Shown: positions 57,951-62,000 of the stretch, one piece after another
Layout: every line of letters starts with the position of its first letter
Position numbering within the stretch: the stretch's first letter is position 1
Source of the DNA: Vicugna vicugna
Lineage: Eukaryota
Reading direction: 5' to 3'
DNA: 62,000 nt
NCBI GenBank assembly: GCA_013265495.1
Contig: MU058418.1
Coordinates: 1,264,917 to 1,326,916, forward strand
Program-made: the position numbers and the translations under genes
The notes under the pieces: model-generated
What the model was told of the DNA's origin: nothing
Databases searched by the model: none
What the model saw: only the letters and a program-made list of their open reading frames with translations

Positions 57951-60900
57951 TCCTGAGTGTGGGTGGGACTTTTGGTGGGGGTGGGGTAAAACAGTAAAAT
58001 TAAATAGCTGCCATGTAAAAAGTTGCTACTACGTGGCACATTCTTTGTATATAATCGCCAATCCTCATGTTAACCTTCAGAATACTGTCTTGAATGTTTT
58101 ATCTTCCCAGTTGTGGCTGACTCAGGGTAACTAACACCTCTCTGTACTGGTGGTGGGGAGTGGACATAGACCCAGGATTTAGGCTCCTTCTCTTGATTTT
58201 GCGCGAGCTAACACTTCTTGAGAATTCGGTCAGTGCCTACGCTCGTAGTGGGGGAGTCTGATAGGGGGATTCTCATTTCTGCTGGGTCACTGTCTTGTGT
58301 AACTGTGGTTTACTATAGGTCAGATACAAAGTGTACTAGTATTTAGAACTAATAGAGTGGTACACACTGTAGAAATCCTCAAGGTTGGGCTATTTCCTCT
58401 GAGAAATTTCTGCCTTGGGAGAACAAGGTATCTGTGTTTCTGTAACCTTCAGGTAGGTAGGTGAATGGCTACACCTCCACCAGGAAAATCGGATTTCAGG
58501 GGGAAAAAAAGAACATTTATAAGTAGTTTCTAGCAGAAGTGTGGTTGCCAAATCAGAGCTCATAAAGATATTAAACATATTTTGTGAGGTGGTTGACTCT
58601 TTGCAGTGCAGTTACTGAGGGGTTTAAAGGCAGGCGCCAAGACACAGACAGAAAATGTTGCATAATGCAAGTTGCTGGCCAGGCTCAAGTGTTTATCTCC
58701 ACTAAGGAGCTTACTGCTTTTGTCTTCAAGGTAAAAGTATGTATGGATAGAACCTAAAAGGATGGTTTTAACTGGCTGCTGGAATGCAGCATCCATGTGC
58801 CCTGAGATAAAGTATGGCTTGTAGAACACTAATCCCGTGTGTGTGTTGGAAAAAATTTCAGAACTCTCAGTTTCACAGTAAAGATAGGTGAGTAGTGTCT
58901 GGATAGTGTCCAGAAGATAGACTGAAACCCTATGATAAATGCGGAGCAGGCCGAATGGCTCTGCCCGATAACTGGATACAGCCAGGGTGTGGGGGAGGGT
59001 GGGGGGCCGGAGGCAGTTGCAAAGAAGGTTGCTTGGCCAACGTGGAATTTTAAAGGTGTAACTCTGGGCACAAACTTGAAGTTTAAGGAGGACATGAAAT
59101 TATATCCAATACAACTTGTTAGATGAATCCTTGAAAATCAGTACTGGATTAAAAAGATCAAGTTAAGTTAAGTCATTAATTCACATAATTCAAATCTCAA
59201 AATTGCTTTTTTCCTGAAATATCCTAGTAATTGATTTTAAAAATGATACTTCTTTCATCATAAATTATCTAAGTAATTGCCTTGGTTCCATATTTCATAT
59301 TAAGCTTGGCTGAGTGATGTTTAAAGCTTCCTCCTCATCTTCTCCCTTCTCTTTTTTATTTTTATTTTACTTAATTTTTTTAAAAAAAACTCGATATAAC
59401 TTAATTTTCTTCTAATACTGTAATGGTTTCCTAAAGTAAAACATTTTCTCTAGATCTCTCCATTGGAACTTGTCATGTTGGTAAATTACTTTAAAAAATG
59501 CTATCTAATTTAAAACTCAGTTTTGCTGAGTATTTTTCCTAGAATTTTCATGTTATATGATAGCTGACCTGGGGCTTCCTACCAGCATTCGTTTCCAAAT
59601 TAAGGACTTACTAATCTCATCCTTCATACGTTTGCATCTTGCTCTGTACTTGGGTACCTTTTCCCTCCCAGCTGGTAGAATGAGAAAGGACATATCCTTA
59701 ATCATTAGTTATTTGTAAAAATGGTCCCATTGACAGCGTTAATTTGCCATGTATGAATATACCTGTCATGTAAATAAACAGTGACCCTCAGACTACATTT
59801 TAAGCAAGATCATTTTTTTTTCTTAAGTAAATACTGAAACGCTCCTGAATTTATTTAAAAGAACAATGATCAGTTAGTTCAGGGCGTCATTTGTGTAACC
59901 CTGAGAAACCCGGAGTGGATGCTGGAAATGTTGTAGGCCTGGTTATTTTAAAGTTATCTTCCAGTGGATACCGGTGTGAGCGTGCTTGCTTTGGCACACT
60001 TGGGCTCTTACTCTCCTGATAGATAACTTCCTAGGTGAGCTGGTGTCCTGTTTCTTGAAATTAGTGGCCTAGATCAGGTCTTCTATCTCCAGCTCTGTCC
60101 AATAAAGATAAGCTTACAGACTTCTGTTTGAATAGATGCATGTCCTCTGCTGAACTGAATTATCTAAATCAGTCCTATTTAGTCTTCTTCCTTTCCAAGA
60201 AAGATCCTTTTTTTCAGGCTGAAATTCTTGGTGATCTGAGCCATATTTTAGGCTTTACCACATTCAACCTTCATGTCTGTTGCCAAGGTGAAATTTGGCA
60301 CCTGATTGTAGGCCTCTTTCAGTAGGTGCTCTTTGGGAGGAAGGGAGAGGTTTCTTCCTACAGTCTCATAAAATCTGGGAGTGCTTTGAGTTAATTTGTG
60401 GGCAGTCAGTATTGGATTAAGTGAAGTACCATGTGTCAAATTAGGAAAGCTAATTTGTGGTGCTAGTGAAAACTACCACCTTCCAAATTGATTTTAACAT
60501 AATGACTTAACAAATGAATGTTTTTATCAAAAACTACCATTGTCATTTTTAAGATGCAGATTTATCCACATCTTGGTTTTCTAATCACATCAAAAGCTTT
60601 AAAGTGATGGATCGATTTTAACTTAACACAATGGGAAGACATCTGGGTTTTTCTCTCTGGGCTCCCAATGTTGGCCCTGGAGTGAGCAGAGATCATTTCC
60701 ACCTGATGTCTGTCTGTTACCTGCGCTGAGATTCCCTGCTCTGTTCACTGACCACCCACACCGTGTTCCTCCAACTGGTCTGTTTGGTGTTCATTTTCTG
60801 CCTTAAGCAGGATCATAAAGCTTTCAAATATCTTTTCCAGTTTGTTATCTCATGCATCTGTGCTAGTCAAGAAGGAAGAGAAGAAAATAACTCTATTTTG

Positions 60901-61485
60901 GTTTTATCATCTGCATCACATGATTTTACAACTTTGAAAACTTGCTTGTCATTGTGGTTACTGGGGAGATAATTTCAGTTACCAAGTGCTGTGAGAGTTA
61001 CTGCTTCACTCTCTTCCTTCTTGCCTCCTCCTTTAGAAAAAGACATTTAATTTTGCTAAGGGATATATTTTATTGTTTTTCTGGCACGTGATTTCAAAGT
61101 TGAACCTTTAGAGGGTATGTTTGTGAGATGTTAAAGCTCTCTGCCTCAAGTTCCTAGTTATTAATGCTTCTAAAAAAAAAAAGTACACCTTTTTAAAAGG
61201 GTTTCCTGATGTGTCCTTTGGACTGTTGCCATGTCTTTGGCAAATGAGGGTACTTCTTTGATTATCTAGCTGTTTCTGAGTTTTGAACCTGAGACTGCCA
61301 GTGTTGGGTTGACCCTTTGATCAGTCTCAGAATCTAAGCCTCAGTTTTACTTGTCCTAGTCGCTCCCAGCTGCTCTCCCATTCTTTTCTCCCTCCTTTTA
61401 TGCCATTAGATGGTATCTAAAGGGGACTTACTGCCCTCCTCTCTTTCCCATTACCCGTTCTCTCTCTGTGACCTTGCTCCTGCAT

Positions 61486-62000
61486 CAGTGGTTTTCATCC
61501 TTGGCTGCATGTAAGAGTCACGGGGAGCTTTGGAAAACAACAGTGTCTAAGAAAAAGACAAATATTATATATCACTTATATGTGGAATCTAAAAAAATGA
61601 TACAAGTGAACATATTATCTACAGAACAGAAACAGACTAAGACTTGGAAAACAAACTTTTGGTTACCAAAGGGGAAAGGGCAGGAGGGATAAATTTGGAG
61701 TATAGGATTAACAGATACTACCAAATATAAAATAAACAAGGACCTACTGTATAGCACAGGAACGAAACACAGTATCTTGGCAATAACATATAATGGAAAA
61801 GAAGCTGAAGTAGAATATACGTATCTGAATCACTTTCCTGTACACCTGGAACTAACACAGTATTGTCATCAACTGTACTTCCATTAAAGAAAGAAAAAGA
61901 AAACACCAATGTCTAGGTGCCATCTTAGGTCAGAATCTAGGTCTGGGGTCTGGGCAACTATATTTTTTAAAGCTTGTAGGTAGTTACAGTGTACAGTTAG
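61486..62000. mobile_element. MER5A-like MITE split by an L1 insertion
   Basis: Left half CAGTGGTTTTCATCCTTGGCTGCATGTAAGAGTCACGGGGAGCTTT; right half GGTCTGGGGTCTGGGCAACTATATTTTTTAAAGCT...GTGTACAG. Confidence 0.7.
61550..61898 (+). mobile_element. L1 3' end with a decayed 17-bp TSD
   Basis: AAAGACAAATA...TCACTTATATGTGGAATCTAAAAA...GGACCTACTGTATAGCACAGG...AACTGTACTTCCATTAAA plus A-tail. TSD GAAAACA(A/C)CA(G/A)TGTCTA at 61533-61549 and 61899-61915. Confidence 0.9.

Overview
Mammalian genomic DNA, most likely camelid, judged from two tRNA-derived SINEs matching the Tylopoda Vic-1 type and the absence of recognisable Alu, B1/B2, Bov-tA or PRE1 elements. On the + strand it holds the last three coding exons and stop codon of AFG1L/LACE1 (7102-7242, 10788-10901, 12820-12948). 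These are followed by about 31 kb of repeat-rich intergenic DNA, a bipartite CpG-island promoter (about 44.1-45.0 kb and 45.6-48.3 kb), a probable non-coding 5' exon, the first coding exon of FOXO3 (47323-47943, 207 codons) and 14 kb of FOXO3 intron. The rest is interspersed repeats: the 5' end of an inactivated L1 with an internal 59-bp tandem array, young and old L1 3' ends (several with target-site duplications), Vic-1 SINEs, MIR/L2, MLT1 LTRs and hAT DNA transposons. I see no evidence for a new protein-coding system, and almost all ORFs in the supplied track are repeat or GC-content artefacts. The best leads are regulatory: a 50-codon uORF in the upstream FOXO3 exon, FOXO/E-box/CRE motifs in a separate upstream CpG island, an ATF4-type element and a dense MEIS/POU/FOX cluster in the intron, and two very young near-identical L1 micro-insertions. 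Repeat family names are from recognition of consensus-like sequence, not a database search, and the boundaries of old repeats are approximate.
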